Below, piece by piece: positions 52,862 to 62,516 of a stretch of 64,000 nucleotides of DNA. The stretch covers positions 1,301,463-1,365,462 of the forward strand of contig OZ220473.1 of assembly GCA_965115955.1 (NCBI GenBank), written 5' to 3'. Position 1 is the first letter of the stretch. Each line of letters begins with the position of its first letter. A program made the position numbers and the translations under genes. Under the pieces are notes generated by a model. The model did no database searches. It worked only from the letters and a program-made list of their open reading frames with translations, and was not told where the DNA came from. Origin of the DNA: Dehalococcoidia bacterium (GTDB lineage Bacteria > Chloroflexota > Dehalococcoidia > Lucifugimonadales > UBA3495).

Positions 52862-54310
52862 ATGTACTATCCAACCCTGGAACAGGTCAAGGCGCGGGCC
52901 CGGGAAGGCAACATCGTTCCGGTGTATCGCTCGATTCACGCCGATCTGGAAACGCCGGTGTCGGCCTACCTGAAGGTTGCCCGCGGCCCCTACTCGTACC
53001 TGCTGGAGAGCGTGGAGGGCGGCGAGCGGCTGGGCCGCTACAGCTTCATCGGCACCGCCCCGTACCGAATCATCGCCACCGGCCCCGGCCAGGAATACGG
53101 AGAGGTGGATCCCCTGACGCTGGTGGAAGAAGAGATGTCGCGCCACAAGCTTATTTCTGTCGACGGGCTGCCCGGCTTCCACGGCGGCGCGGTGGGCTAC
53201 ATGGCCTACGACGCTATCCGCTACTTCGAGCCGAGAGTGCCGGTAATGCCCGAAGACCCTCAGGGTGTGCCGGAATCCGTTTTCATGTTCGGAGAGACCA
53301 TCCTGGTATTCGACCACCTGCGCCACGACATCAAGGTGGTGTCTCACGCCCGGCTGGAAGGCGAAGTGGAGCAGGCCTATAGCGACGCCGTTGCCCGCAT
53401 CGAAGAGATGGTCGGCCTGCTGTCCCGCCCCCTGACGCTCCCGGAGGAACTGCAAGAGGGCGCCGCCGTTCCGCCCAGCCCTGTCGAGTCCAACTTTTCG
53501 CCGGACCGCTACGCCGACGCCATCGACAAATGCGTCGAGTACGTATATGCCGGCGACGTTATCCAGGTGGTCAACTCGCAGCGGTTCTCGCGTCAGACCG
53601 GGGCGCATCCCTTCCAGATATACCGCGCCCTGCGCAGCGTCAACCCTTCGCCGTATATGTACTACCTGGACCTGGACGGGTTCCAGATAGTCGGCGCAGC
53701 CATCGAGTCGGTGGTCAAAGTGGAAGACGGCGTAGCGTCCACCCATCCCATCGCCGGAACCCGGCCCCGGGGCCGCACCCCCGGCGAGGACGAGGCCAAC
53801 GAGGCCGAGCTGAAGGGCAGCGAGAAGCAGCGCGCCGAGCACGTTATGCTGCTGGACCTGGGCCGCAACGACATCGGGCGGGTCAGCGACCCAGGCACCG
53901 TAGAGGTTACGAAGATGATGGAAGTGGAGCGCTTCTCCCACGTTATGCACCTGGTTTCCCACGTCGAAGGGCGACTGCGCAAAGACTTGACGCCCTTCGA
54001 TGCCCTGCGTTCCTGCTTTCCCGCCGGCACCGTTTCCGGCGCGCCCAAGATCAGGGCGATGGAAATCATCGCCGAGATCGAAGGCGAGAAACGCGGGCCA
54101 TACGGAGGCGCCGTCGGCTATTTCAGCTACTCCGGCAACATGGACACGGCGCTGGTGCTGCGCACCGGCATCTACAAGGACGGCATGATGTATGTGCAGG
54201 CCGGCGGCGGCATAGTCGCCGACAGCGTGGCCGAGGACGAGTATCAGGAGACGCGGCACAAGTCCAGCGCCCTGATGCGCGCCATAGACATGGCCGAGGC
54301 AGGGTTCTGA
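52862..54310 (+). CDS. trpE: Anthranilate synthase component I
   Basis: 'IVPVYRSIHADLETPVSAYLKV...LLESVEGGERLGRYSFIG' and the C-terminal chorismate-binding motifs 'GAPKIRAMEII...RGPYGGAVGY'. Confidence 0.95.
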   Translation: MYYPTLEQVKARAREGNIVPVYRSIHADLETPVSAYLKVARGPYSYLLESVEGGERLGRYSFIGTAPYRIIATGPGQEYGEVDPLTLVEEEMSRHKLISVDGLPGFHGGAVGYMAYDAIRYFEPRVPVMPEDPQGVPESVFMFGETILVFDHLRHDIKVVSHARLEGEVEQAYSDAVARIEEMVGLLSRPLTLPEELQEGAAVPPSPVESNFSPDRYADAIDKCVEYVYAGDVIQVVNSQRFSRQTGAHPFQIYRALRSVNPSPYMYYLDLDGFQIVGAAIESVVKVEDGVASTHPIAGTRPRGRTPGEDEANEAELKGSEKQRAEHVMLLDLGRNDIGRVSDPGTVEVTKMMEVERFSHVMHLVSHVEGRLRKDLTPFDALRSCFPAGTVSGAPKIRAMEIIAEIEGEKRGPYGGAVGYFSYSGNMDTALVLRTGIYKDGMMYVQAGGGIVADSVAEDEYQETRHKSSALMRAIDMAEAGF

Positions 54311-54440
54311 CACATTGCCCTCGCCCTCTATGCCCCTGTCTTTATCCCGCTCACGCCTGGAAGAGGGTTGGCGGGGGGGTGCAAGCAGGCAATCCCATAA
54401 CTGCACGGGTCATAAACTGCGCGGGTAAGGAGGCTCAATC

Positions 54441-54881
54441 ATGCTGAAATCGTTTTTCCACACGGGGTTTGTGGTGCGCGACATCGAAAAGTCGGTGCGC
54501 TTCTACTCGGAAATACTGGGGATGCGGATAGCAGGCCGCACCGAGCGGCAGGGCGAGTTCGTGGAGCAGGTTCTGGCCTTTCCCAATGCCCGCATCAAGG
54601 GCGGCTTCCTGGACATGGGCGAAGGACACCAGCTTGAGCTGATCCAGTATCTCTCGCCGCAGAGCGGCCCCAACACTGTTGGGCGCAACGACCTGGGCGC
54701 GGCGCACCTGGCCTTCTTCGTTGAGGATCTGGACCGTTTCTACGAGGATACGAAAGAGAAGGGGCTGCAATACAATAACCCGCCCGCCTCGATGTTCGAC
54801 GAAAACGGCAGCCTGTCCAGGAAAGCCTGCTACGCACGGGATCCAGACGGCAACTGGCTGGAGTTCGTAGAGCTGTTCTGA
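54441..54881 (+). CDS. VOC (glyoxalase/bleomycin resistance/dioxygenase) family protein
   Basis: '[23 protein letters not shown]...[11 protein letters not shown]...DPDGNWLEF'. Inserted between trpE and trpG. Confidence 0.8.
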   Translation: MLKSFFHTGFVVRDIEKSVRFYSEILGMRIAGRTERQGEFVEQVLAFPNARIKGGFLDMGEGHQLELIQYLSPQSGPNTVGRNDLGAAHLAFFVEDLDRFYEDTKEKGLQYNNPPASMFDENGSLSRKACYARDPDGNWLEFVELF

Positions 54882-54928
54882 GAATTGCCCACTGCCCCAG
54901 ACTCCAAACCACCCAGCCGGGAGCCGCC

Positions 54929-55522
54929 ATGCTGCTGCTGATAGACAACTACGACAGTTTCACCTATAACCTTTACCAGTACCTGACTGAGCTGGGCGCA
55001 GAGGTGGAGACCCGCCGCAACGACAAGATCACGCTGAACGAAATCGAGGATATGGCCCCCGGAGGAATAGTGATCTCGCCCGGCCCCTGCACGCCGGCGG
55101 AGGCGGGAATCTCTAACGACGCCATTCGCCGTTTCGGGCCGCGCATGCCGACGCTGGGCGTATGCCTCGGCCACCAGTGCGTCGGCTGGGTCTACGGCGC
55201 GCGCGTGGACCGGGCGGGGGAGATCCGCCACGGCAAGACCTCGATGATCCACCACAACGGCGCAGGCGTGCTTCAGGGCCTGCCCAACCCCTTTGAAGCC
55301 ATCCGCTACCACTCGCTGGTGGTCTACCCCGAGACGGTGCCAGGCTCGCTGGAGGTTACGGCCCGCAGCGAGAACGGCCTGATCATGGGCATCCGCCACA
55401 AGGAGCATCCGGTCGAGGGCATTCAGTTCCACCCGGAATCCATAATGACCCCCGACGGCAAAGCCCTGCTGCAAAACTACCTGAACCTGGTGGACGGGTA
55501 CAGCAAAAAGCAGTCGGAATAA
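54929..55522 (+). CDS. trpG: Anthranilate synthase component II (glutamine amidotransferase)
   Basis: '[19 protein letters not shown]...LGVCLGHQ...IQFHPES'. Confidence 0.95.
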   Translation: MLLLIDNYDSFTYNLYQYLTELGAEVETRRNDKITLNEIEDMAPGGIVISPGPCTPAEAGISNDAIRRFGPRMPTLGVCLGHQCVGWVYGARVDRAGEIRHGKTSMIHHNGAGVLQGLPNPFEAIRYHSLVVYPETVPGSLEVTARSENGLIMGIRHKEHPVEGIQFHPESIMTPDGKALLQNYLNLVDGYSKKQSE

Positions 55523-55642
55523 TCGCAAAGGCATGATCCCCGGCGAGCCGGCCGGCAGCGCGGGCGGTTGCAGCGGCCTTTGGCATGCGCCGGTCAAGGC
55601 GGGCGGGCCGCTTTTCCAGCGGAGTTTCTACGGAGCGGCTAT

Positions 55643-56659
55643 ATGGACATTCGTGAAGCTATAGACGCAATAGTATCGGGGCGGTCGCTGGCCATGGACG
55701 AGGCGGCGGCGGTGATGCGCCGGATAATGCGGGGCGAGGCGTCGGCTGCCCAGCTTGGTTCCTTCCTGACGGCCCTGAGGCTCAAGGGCGAATCCACCGA
55801 AGAGATTGCCGGCATGGCGACCGTCATGCGCGAATTCTCGCTCAAAGTTCGCATTGGCGGAACGGTGGTGGACTCGGTAGGCACCGGCGGCGATGGCTCT
55901 AACTCCTTCAACATATCCACCGCCGCTGCCCTGGTGTCTGCCGGAGCCGGGGTGAAGATAGCCAAGCACGGCAACCGCGCTGCCTCGGGGAGCTGCGGCG
56001 CCGCCGATGTGCTGGAGGCTTTAGGCGTTCGCATCGAGCTGCCCCCGGAGGGCGTGGAGCGATGCATCAACGACGGCGGCATCGGCTTCATGTTCGCCCA
56101 GGCCTTCCATACGTCCATGCGCCACGCCGGGCCGGTGCGTCGCGAGATAGGCATCCGCACTGTCTTCAACATCCTGGGACCGCTGACCAATCCCGCCGCC
56201 GCCCAGCGCCAGCTGATCGGCGTGGCCTTCCCCCAGCTTGGCGGGAAGATGGCTGAGGCGCTGCGCCTTCTCGGCTCGGAGCGCAGCCTGGTAGTTCACG
56301 GCAAGGGAGGGCTGGACGAAATCGCGCTCGACGGTGAAACGGCCGTATGGGAACTCCGGAACGGCAGGGTGGAAAACTGGACCTTTCGGCCCGACGGCCT
56401 GGGCCTGGGCCGATGGAGCGCCGACGACCTGCGCGGCGGAGACCGCGAGGCCAACGCCGGCGCCATGCGCCGCCTGCTGGGCGGCGAAGGCGGGCCGGTT
56501 CGCGACGCCGCGCTGCTCAATGCCGCCGGCGTTCTGCTGGCCGCAGGCTCGGTCGACAGCATCCCCGACGGCATCCAGGCAGCGGCCCGGGCCATCGACA
56601 GCGGCGCCGCCCGCCAGCGCCTGGAAGCGCTGGTTGAACTGAGCAATGCGGAGGCGTAA
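55643..56659 (+). CDS. trpD: Anthranilate phosphoribosyltransferase
   Basis: 'VDSVGTGGDGSNSFNISTAAA...KHGNRAASGSCGAADVLE'. ATG chosen at 55643. Confidence 0.95.
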   Translation: MDIREAIDAIVSGRSLAMDEAAAVMRRIMRGEASAAQLGSFLTALRLKGESTEEIAGMATVMREFSLKVRIGGTVVDSVGTGGDGSNSFNISTAAALVSAGAGVKIAKHGNRAASGSCGAADVLEALGVRIELPPEGVERCINDGGIGFMFAQAFHTSMRHAGPVRREIGIRTVFNILGPLTNPAAAQRQLIGVAFPQLGGKMAEALRLLGSERSLVVHGKGGLDEIALDGETAVWELRNGRVENWTFRPDGLGLGRWSADDLRGGDREANAGAMRRLLGGEGGPVRDAALLNAAGVLLAAGSVDSIPDGIQAAARAIDSGAARQRLEALVELSNAEA

Positions 56660-56792
56660 CAATCCCCCGGCGAAAAGGTTACAATTGCGATTGCGATGGG
56701 ATCAACTCCCTGCCCGGCAGCCCCCGGATAACCCCGGAATATAAACCCGGAAAAACCAAAGCGTAAACCGCCAGGGAAGGGACGGTGGCGCA

Positions 56793-57611
56793 ATGCCCAG
56801 CATTCTTGACGAAATTGTGGCGGCCAAGCGTGTGGAGCTGGCCGAGGCCATACGGACCCAGCCGCCAGCGGAGGTGGAGCGTTGGGCGGTGGAGCGGCCG
56901 CGGCCGCTGAACTTGTCCGGAGCGCTCATCGGCGGCGGCATCCGGCTGATAGCCGAGGTGAAGAAGGCGTCGCCGTCGCGGGGGCTGCTGTCGCGCGACT
57001 TCGACCCGGTGCGGCTGGCGGAGACCTACGTCGCCAACGGCGCGGCTGCGGTGTCGTGCCTGACCGACCCCCGCTTCCAGGGAGAGTTGACCCACCTGTC
57101 GAACATTAAGCAGAGCGGGGCATCGGGCCGCGCCCCCGTCCTGCGCAAGGATTTTATCTTCGATCCCTATCAGGTCTGCGAGGCCCGCGCAGCCGGCGCC
57201 GACGGAATCCTGCTCATAGTCGCCATCCTGGAGCGGTCGAGGCTGAAAGAGCTGATTGAGGCGGCCCATTCGCTGTGGATGCAGTGCCTGGTTGAAGTCC
57301 ACGATGAGAATGAGCTGGAGACGGCAATCGAAGCCGGAGCAGAGATCATCGGCATCAACAACCGCGATCTGCGCACCTTCTCCACAGACCTGGCGGTAAC
57401 GCAGCGGCTGGCGCCTCTGGTTCCCAGGGGCAAGGTGATAGTCAGCGAGAGCGGCATCAGCAGCCGCGACCATCTGCGCCTGCTCAGCCGCGCCCGGGTC
57501 AACGCCGCTCTGGTGGGCGAGGCGCTGGTTACCGCTCCCGACGTTGCCGCCAAAGCGCGCGAGCTGTCGGGCCGGCGGGAGCCTGCCGGGCAGCCGCAGC
57601 CTCAGGCATGA
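56793..57611 (+). CDS. trpC: Indole-3-glycerol phosphate synthase
   Basis: 'LIAEVKKASPSRGLL...LRKDFIFDPYQV...EVHDENE...IGINNRDL'. Confidence 0.95.
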   Translation: MPSILDEIVAAKRVELAEAIRTQPPAEVERWAVERPRPLNLSGALIGGGIRLIAEVKKASPSRGLLSRDFDPVRLAETYVANGAAAVSCLTDPRFQGELTHLSNIKQSGASGRAPVLRKDFIFDPYQVCEARAAGADGILLIVAILERSRLKELIEAAHSLWMQCLVEVHDENELETAIEAGAEIIGINNRDLRTFSTDLAVTQRLAPLVPRGKVIVSESGISSRDHLRLLSRARVNAALVGEALVTAPDVAAKARELSGRREPAGQPQPQA

Positions 57612-58285
57612 TACGGGTCAAGATCTGCGGCATCAGCGCGCCTGCGGACGCCTGCGCAGCCGCTGATGCCGGGGCCGACTTCATCGGCATGGTCTTCGTG
57701 CCGGAGCGTCGCCGCCGGATTACGCCCGACGAGGCCCGGGGCATTGTTGGCGCTGTGCGCAGCCTGGGCGGGACGCATCCCCGCATGGTGGGCTTGTTCG
57801 CCGACCAGCCTCTGGCAGAGGTCAACGAAACCGCAGCGCACTGCGGGCTGGACGCAGTCCAATTGTGCGGGAGCGAGAGCGTGGAGTTTGCGGACGGTGT
57901 GGACTGCGAGGTCATCAAAGTCGTCCATGTGCCGGCCTCCTGCCGGGCTCCGGACGATGTGCCGCAACTGGCGGGCCGGGTGCGCGAATATGCGGACGCC
58001 GGATGCCTGGTGACGCTGGACCGGCTGGTCGAGGGCATCCAGGGCGGCACCGGCCAGAGCTTCGACCTGGACCTGGCGGCCTGTCTGTCTCGCCGCTGCG
58101 GCAGCTTCCTGCTGGCGGGCGGCCTCACCCCCGCCAGCGTGGGCCGCATCGTCAGCGTCGTGCGCCCGTGGGGGGTTGACGTGTCCAGCGGCGTCGAGAC
58201 GCTCGGCAGGAAGGACAGGCGCAAAATCCAGCGGTTCGTCCGCAACGCGCGAGACACCGACGCCGCCCTCTCCGGCTCTGTATGA
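57608..58285 (+). CDS. trpF: Phosphoribosylanthranilate isomerase
   Basis: 'VKICGI...GADFIGMVF...VQLCG...GGTG..FD...LLAGGLTP'. ATGA overlap with trpC. Confidence 0.9.
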   Translation: MIRVKICGISAPADACAAADAGADFIGMVFVPERRRRITPDEARGIVGAVRSLGGTHPRMVGLFADQPLAEVNETAAHCGLDAVQLCGSESVEFADGVDCEVIKVVHVPASCRAPDDVPQLAGRVREYADAGCLVTLDRLVEGIQGGTGQSFDLDLAACLSRRCGSFLLAGGLTPASVGRIVSVVRPWGVDVSSGVETLGRKDRRKIQRFVRNARDTDAALSGSV

Positions 58286-58363
58286 TATGGTGGAATTCAC
58301 TTCCTCGGTGCCAGGTCCGGGCCGGAGTGTTACCGGCATATTCCTGAAGCGAACGGAGCAGTG

Positions 58364-59572
58364 ATGGCGACACAACCGGCGGCAGTCTTTCCCGACGAGC
58401 GGGGGCGCTTCGGCGACTTCGGCGGCAAATTCATACCCGAAACGCTGATGGCGGCCGTGGCGGAGCTGGAGGAAGCCTGCGAGAGCGTCAAGGCCAGCCC
58501 GGAGTTCCAGTCCCATCTGGCCGGCCTGCTTGCGACCTACGTAGGCCGCCCCACGCCGCTCTATTACGCCGAGAACCTGTCGCGGCGACTGGGCGGCGCC
58601 AGGATATACCTGAAGCGCGAAGACCTGGCCCACACCGGCGCCCACAAGATCAACAACGCTCTGGGGCAGGCCCTGCTGGCCCGTAGAATGGGCAAGCGGC
58701 GCATCATCGCCGAGACCGGAGCGGGTCAGCACGGCGTCGCCGCCGCCACCGCCTGCGCCATGCTGGGGCTGGACTGCATCGTCTACATGGGCGAAGAAGA
58801 CATCCGCCGGCAGTCGCTCAACGTCTACCGGATGCGCCTGCTGGAAGCCGAGGTCATCAGCGTCGAATCGGGAACCCGCACGCTGAAAGACGCGATCAAC
58901 GAGGCCATTCGCGACTGGGTGACCAACGTCGAGACCACCCACTACCTCATCGGCAGCGCGGTAGGCCCGCACCCTTACCCGGTCATGGTGCGCGACTTCC
59001 AGAGCGTTATCGGGCGCGAGGCGCGGGCGCAGATACTCGAGGCCGAAGGCCGCCTTCCCGATTTCGTGATGGCCTGCGTTGGCGGAGGCAGCAACGCCAT
59101 CGGAACTTTCCACCCCTTTGCGCCCGATGAGGCCGTGCGGCTGGTAGGTCTCGAGGCCGGCGGCAAGGGCCTGGCTTCCGGCGAACATTCCGCCACCCTG
59201 ACGGCCGGCCGCCCCGGCGTGCTGCACGGCGCGATGACCTACCTGCTGCAGAACGAGGACGGCCAGATAAGCCCGGCGCACAGCATATCGGCGGGCCTCG
59301 ACTACCCCGGCGTGGGGCCGGAACACAGCTACCTGAAAGACTCGGGGCGCGCCGATTACCGGGAGGTGACCGACTCCCAGGCGCTGGAGGGGTTCCGCCT
59401 GCTCTGCCGCACCGAGGGCATCATACCCGCCCTCGAGTCGGCCCATGCCGTCTACGGCGCAGCGGAGCTGGCCCCGAAGCTGCCGGAGGACAGCATCATC
59501 CTCGTCTGCCTCAGTGGGCGCGGCGACAAGGACATAGGCATAGTGGCCGAAGCGGAGAACATCGAGCTGTAG
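58364..59572 (+). CDS. trpB: Tryptophan synthase beta chain
   Basis: '[16 protein letters not shown]...[20 protein letters not shown]...GAGQHGVA'. No trpA follows in the window. Confidence 0.95.
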   Translation: MATQPAAVFPDERGRFGDFGGKFIPETLMAAVAELEEACESVKASPEFQSHLAGLLATYVGRPTPLYYAENLSRRLGGARIYLKREDLAHTGAHKINNALGQALLARRMGKRRIIAETGAGQHGVAAATACAMLGLDCIVYMGEEDIRRQSLNVYRMRLLEAEVISVESGTRTLKDAINEAIRDWVTNVETTHYLIGSAVGPHPYPVMVRDFQSVIGREARAQILEAEGRLPDFVMACVGGGSNAIGTFHPFAPDEAVRLVGLEAGGKGLASGEHSATLTAGRPGVLHGAMTYLLQNEDGQISPAHSISAGLDYPGVGPEHSYLKDSGRADYREVTDSQALEGFRLLCRTEGIIPALESAHAVYGAAELAPKLPEDSIILVCLSGRGDKDIGIVAEAENIEL

Positions 59573-59617
59573 GCGCTTGCCCGGAACCGCCGTCGGCGGG
59601 TATAATTCATCCAGAGT

Positions 59618-59694
59618 CGGGGCGTGGCCCAGCCAGGTAGGGCACCTGCATGGGGTGTAGGGGGTCGCCAGTTCAAATCTGGCCGCCCCGACCA
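59618..59694 (+). tRNA. tRNA-Pro (anticodon GGG) with encoded CCA
   Basis: Hand-folded cloverleaf. Acceptor: CGGGGCG / CGCCCCG plus ACCA. D-stem: GCCC / GGGC. Anticodon stem: CCTGC / GTAGG with loop AT-GGG-GT. T-arm: GCCAG-TTCAAAT-CTGGC. Confidence 0.85.
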
Positions 59695-59743
59695 GTCTTC
59701 CCGGGTACCCGGCATCGGGTATATCCAAAGGAAATACCGGAGC

Positions 59744-59784
59744 AAACAGGAAAGACCGCCTCTTGCAGGCGGCCTTTCCTGTTT
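59744..59784. terminator. Bidirectional intrinsic terminator between tRNA-Pro and the convergent iscA-like gene
   Basis: 16-bp stem (one mismatch) AAACAGGAAAGaCCGCC / GGCGGcCTTTCCTGTTT with a 7-nt loop. Confidence 0.75.
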
Positions 59785-59924
59785 GTGCGCTCCCGTTCCC
59801 GCTGCCGGCCAAGGAGAAGACCCCGCGGGGCTTACCCGGTTCCAGTCAGCCTGCCGGCAGTGGGCTTGTTGCGTTGGTTGTTGTCTGGCGTCGGTTATTG
59901 TCTGGCCCGGAAGCGGCGCGCGGG

Positions 59925-60275
59925 CTAGTGGCTGCCGCAGCCTCCCGCGCCGCAGCCACAGCCGCCCGAGCCGCAGCCGCCGGCGCTGGCAAACATCGGG
60001 TTGTTGATGACAAAGCCCACCTGCCCGCCGAAGTTCTCCACGTAGTCGATAGTTGCCTCTTCCAGGAAGGGGGCGCTGTCGGAGTCCATCAGAAACCTGA
60101 CGCCGTCCAGTTGGAGCACGGTGTCGTCATTCTGGCTTTCGTTTTCCATGGTCAGCATATACTGAAGGCCGCCGGTTTCCGCCGGGATGGCGATGACGCG
60201 GAGGGCCCCCTCCTGCTCACCCTGTTCTTCCATTACTTCCCTGAGCTTTTCGATGGCGAGCATCGTTACTTCCAT
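59925..60275 (-). CDS. HesB/IscA-family Fe-S assembly protein with a Cys/Gly-rich tail
   Basis: RBS GGAAGGAG. Pattern 'ALRVIAIPAETGGLQYMLTME...FVINNP', then 'GGCGSGGCGCGAGGCGSH'. Confidence 0.7.
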   Translation of the reverse strand: MEVTMLAIEKLREVMEEQGEQEGALRVIAIPAETGGLQYMLTMENESQNDDTVLQLDGVRFLMDSDSAPFLEEATIDYVENFGGQVGFVINNPMFASAGGCGSGGCGCGAGGCGSH

Positions 60276-60458
60276 AATTCCGGTGCGCTCCTTCCTCAGC
60301 TTTATCGGGCGGAGCTCCGCCCTACTCTGGTAAGTTATCCGTCTGGAATGTCCAATATTGCAAAGCTACCACAAAACGGCGCAATTTGCCAGTCGCCAGC
60401 GCATCCCTTTTTTCAATTGCGCGGCATAAGTGTTATGCGGCTTGAGGCGGGAGCCGCT

Positions 60459-62153
60459 CTATTCAAGGCTTATCGGGTTAGCGCCGGGATACAGGATAAC
60501 GCCCTGGAACTCGACAGGATCTCCGTCGCTGATGATGACGAGGAGTATCTGCCCGCGCAGGACCCCTGTCAGCGTGTTGAACGCCATGGACTCCGAATCA
60601 GGATCGTAGAAGCTCCACGCCTGCGTCCCCGCGTCCAGATACCACACCCGCACCAGCCGGCTGCCCAGGCTGACGAACACCGCGGCCGGGTCTGAGGGCG
60701 GCTCCGCTCCAGGCGTTGGTGTTGGCGTTGATGTCGGCGTCGGCGTCGGCGTGGACGTACTCTCAGGGATCAGCGTTGGCGTCGGCTCCGGCGAGCCTCC
60801 CCCTTGCGCAGACGTTCTGGTGGCCGCGGGAGTGTTGGCAGGCGTAGCCGAGGGCGAGTTGGTGGGAACCGGAGTGTTGGTGGGAGCCGGAGTGTTGGTG
60901 GGAGCCGGGGTGTTGGTGGGAGCCGGGGTGTTGGTGGGAGCCGGGGTGTTGGTGGGAGCCGGGGTGTTGGTGGGAGCCGGGGTGTTGGTGGGAGCCGGAG
61001 TGTTGGTGGGAGCCGGAGTGTTGGTGGGAGCCGGAGTGTTGGTGGGAGCCGGAGTGTTGGTGGGAGCCGGAGTGTTGGTGGGAACCGGGGTATTGGTGGG
61101 CGGTTCGGCGCTCACCGTGAAGGTGGTGGAGGTTCTGCCCTCCAGGTTCCCCGTTGATGGGTTGGGACCGCCGGGCCCGTGCCAGCTCCAGGTAACCGTG
61201 TGAGTCCCTACGCCCAGGCCGACGCAGGGGCTCAGGTTAACGTTTCGACCGGTAGTGATGCCGGACACGCTGGTGGTTATAAAGACGCCGGTAGCGCCGT
61301 CGCTCAGCGCTGCGTTGGCGGTTACCGCCGTCATGCCCTGCCGGTTCTCCAGGTAAGTTACGCCCTTATGCTTGGCGGAAAGCAGGTTGTAGCAGGCCTG
61401 CACTGTGCTGCTGCCCTGGGTCAGGGTCAGATTATTGTCTGCACTCGATACCAGCAGCGGCGCCGCCTTCACCCTTACAACTATGTTGTAATCCTTATCT
61501 GCGGATGTTTTGCCGGTGAGGGTGTGCTCGCCGACCGTCAACGTTTCGGTTCTGGCTGGGTCGACGCCATTCATCAGGCGTACCCGGGCGGCGTGCCAGT
61601 GGCCGGCCGGCACGGTGACGGTTACATCCCTTAAGAAATCCGATCTAGTCAGGACTGCCCGGAAACCTTCAGCAACATTTTTTATGTTGTAGGACCATAT
61701 GTTGCCGCCAAGAGCCCCAACCTCAAAGCTGGCATGGGGTTCCGAGATCACGTTCACGGTCAGGCTGTAGGCGACAGATGCAGCAGTAGAGCCAGACACA
61801 GTATGCGTTCCGAGCAGCAGCGTTCTGAATTGTTCTGCTGCTCCGCCGCCTGATATATGGCCGGCGAAAAAGCGCAGCCGAACCGACGGCTGGTCCCTCG
61901 GGATGGTGACGTTTACCGTTGCCCCAGAGTCAGAGAATGAGACTTGGTACCCTGAACTGACACCGGTCTGTAGATAGGCTTTGCCGGTTGCGGAATTGAT
62001 CGTGATACTGGCCTTGTGGCCGGACTGGGCGTGCAGCGGCTCCGACTGGGACAGGGGGAGAAGGGCCGTCAGGCCCAGAGCCAGCAGCCCCAGTAAGGCG
62101 ACCAGGGCCAGCCCTGTTCGGTATCGTTTCATTTGCTCAAGTAGCGCCATCAT
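60459..62153 (-). CDS. Secreted cell-surface protein: signal peptide, Ig-like repeats, (PTNTPA)n linker and a conserved ~75-aa C-terminal domain
   Basis: 'MKRYRTGLALVALLGLLALGLTALL' signal sequence, about 14 PTNTPA units, and the C-terminal 'RLVRVWYLDAGTQAWSFYDP...'. Start at 62153 or 62150 after AGGAAAG. Confidence 0.7.
   Translation of the reverse strand: MMALLEQMKRYRTGLALVALLGLLALGLTALLPLSQSEPLHAQSGHKASITINSATGKAYLQTGVSSGYQVSFSDSGATVNVTIPRDQPSVRLRFFAGHISGGGAAEQFRTLLLGTHTVSGSTAASVAYSLTVNVISEPHASFEVGALGGNIWSYNIKNVAEGFRAVLTRSDFLRDVTVTVPAGHWHAARVRLMNGVDPARTETLTVGEHTLTGKTSADKDYNIVVRVKAAPLLVSSADNNLTLTQGSSTVQACYNLLSAKHKGVTYLENRQGMTAVTANAALSDGATGVFITTSVSGITTGRNVNLSPCVGLGVGTHTVTWSWHGPGGPNPSTGNLEGRTSTTFTVSAEPPTNTPVPTNTPAPTNTPAPTNTPAPTNTPAPTNTPAPTNTPAPTNTPAPTNTPAPTNTPAPTNTPAPTNTPAPTNTPVPTNSPSATPANTPAATRTSAQGGGSPEPTPTLIPESTSTPTPTPTSTPTPTPGAEPPSDPAAVFVSLGSRLVRVWYLDAGTQAWSFYDPDSESMAFNTLTGVLRGQILLVIISDGDPVEFQGVILYPGANPISLE
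60858..61098 (-). repeat. In-frame 18-nt tandem repeat (about 13-14 copies) encoding PTNTPA
   Basis: GGAGCCGG(A/G)GTGTTGGTG units on the plus strand. Confidence 0.9.
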
Positions 62154-62172
62154 TCTTTCCTGCCTTGAAATC

Positions 62173-62187
62173 GGGGGGGGGGGGGGG
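62173..62187. repeat. Homopolymer G15 (C15 on the coding strand), 20-34 nt upstream of the surface-protein start codon
   Basis: Run counted directly at 62173-62187. Confidence 0.9.
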
Positions 62188-62516
62188 TACTGCTTCCTCT
62201 TGGGCGATGCTCCGCTTGTCCGCCATAATCCGCCTCTCTGTATATCGCAATATCGCACTGGATTACGCACTAGTCGAATCAGCTATTTCCGCCTGGGAAA
62301 TGATGGTGCGCATTTTAGCGGAAAATCCCCGGTATGGGAACACCCCCGGAAGAGAAGTATATCGCTGTGTCTGCCGACAGCCCGACTCATAACCGGCCAC
62401 GCCGCGCAAACGGATACGCTGTCGTGTCCGGAGACGGGAAGCGCGGTATCTCAGATTGTCTTTCAGGCGGTTCCTTTCCATCATTTCCCCGCCCCGCTGG
62501 AACGCGAGCTGCGAGA

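Noticed and set aside
60858-61098. Highly regular 18-nt repeats here, at 30823-30980, and a 12-nt periodicity at about 63040-63160, considered as possible CRISPR arrays or DGR-type variable repeats.
   Set aside because: All are in frame inside long ORFs and encode Pro/Thr or Pro/Gly/Glu/Ala linkers. There are no unique spacers, and no reverse transcriptase or template repeat occurs in the window.
62154-62270. Using the far upstream ATG (62270) as the start of the surface-protein gene, which would place the C15 tract in the coding region (PPPPP).
   Set aside because: It would put a 40-46-aa non-signal extension in front of a classical 'MKRYRTGLALVALLGLLALG' signal peptide. ATG 62153/62150 has an AGGAAAG Shine-Dalgarno-like sequence. 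The idea is kept only as an alternative in the phase-variation finding.
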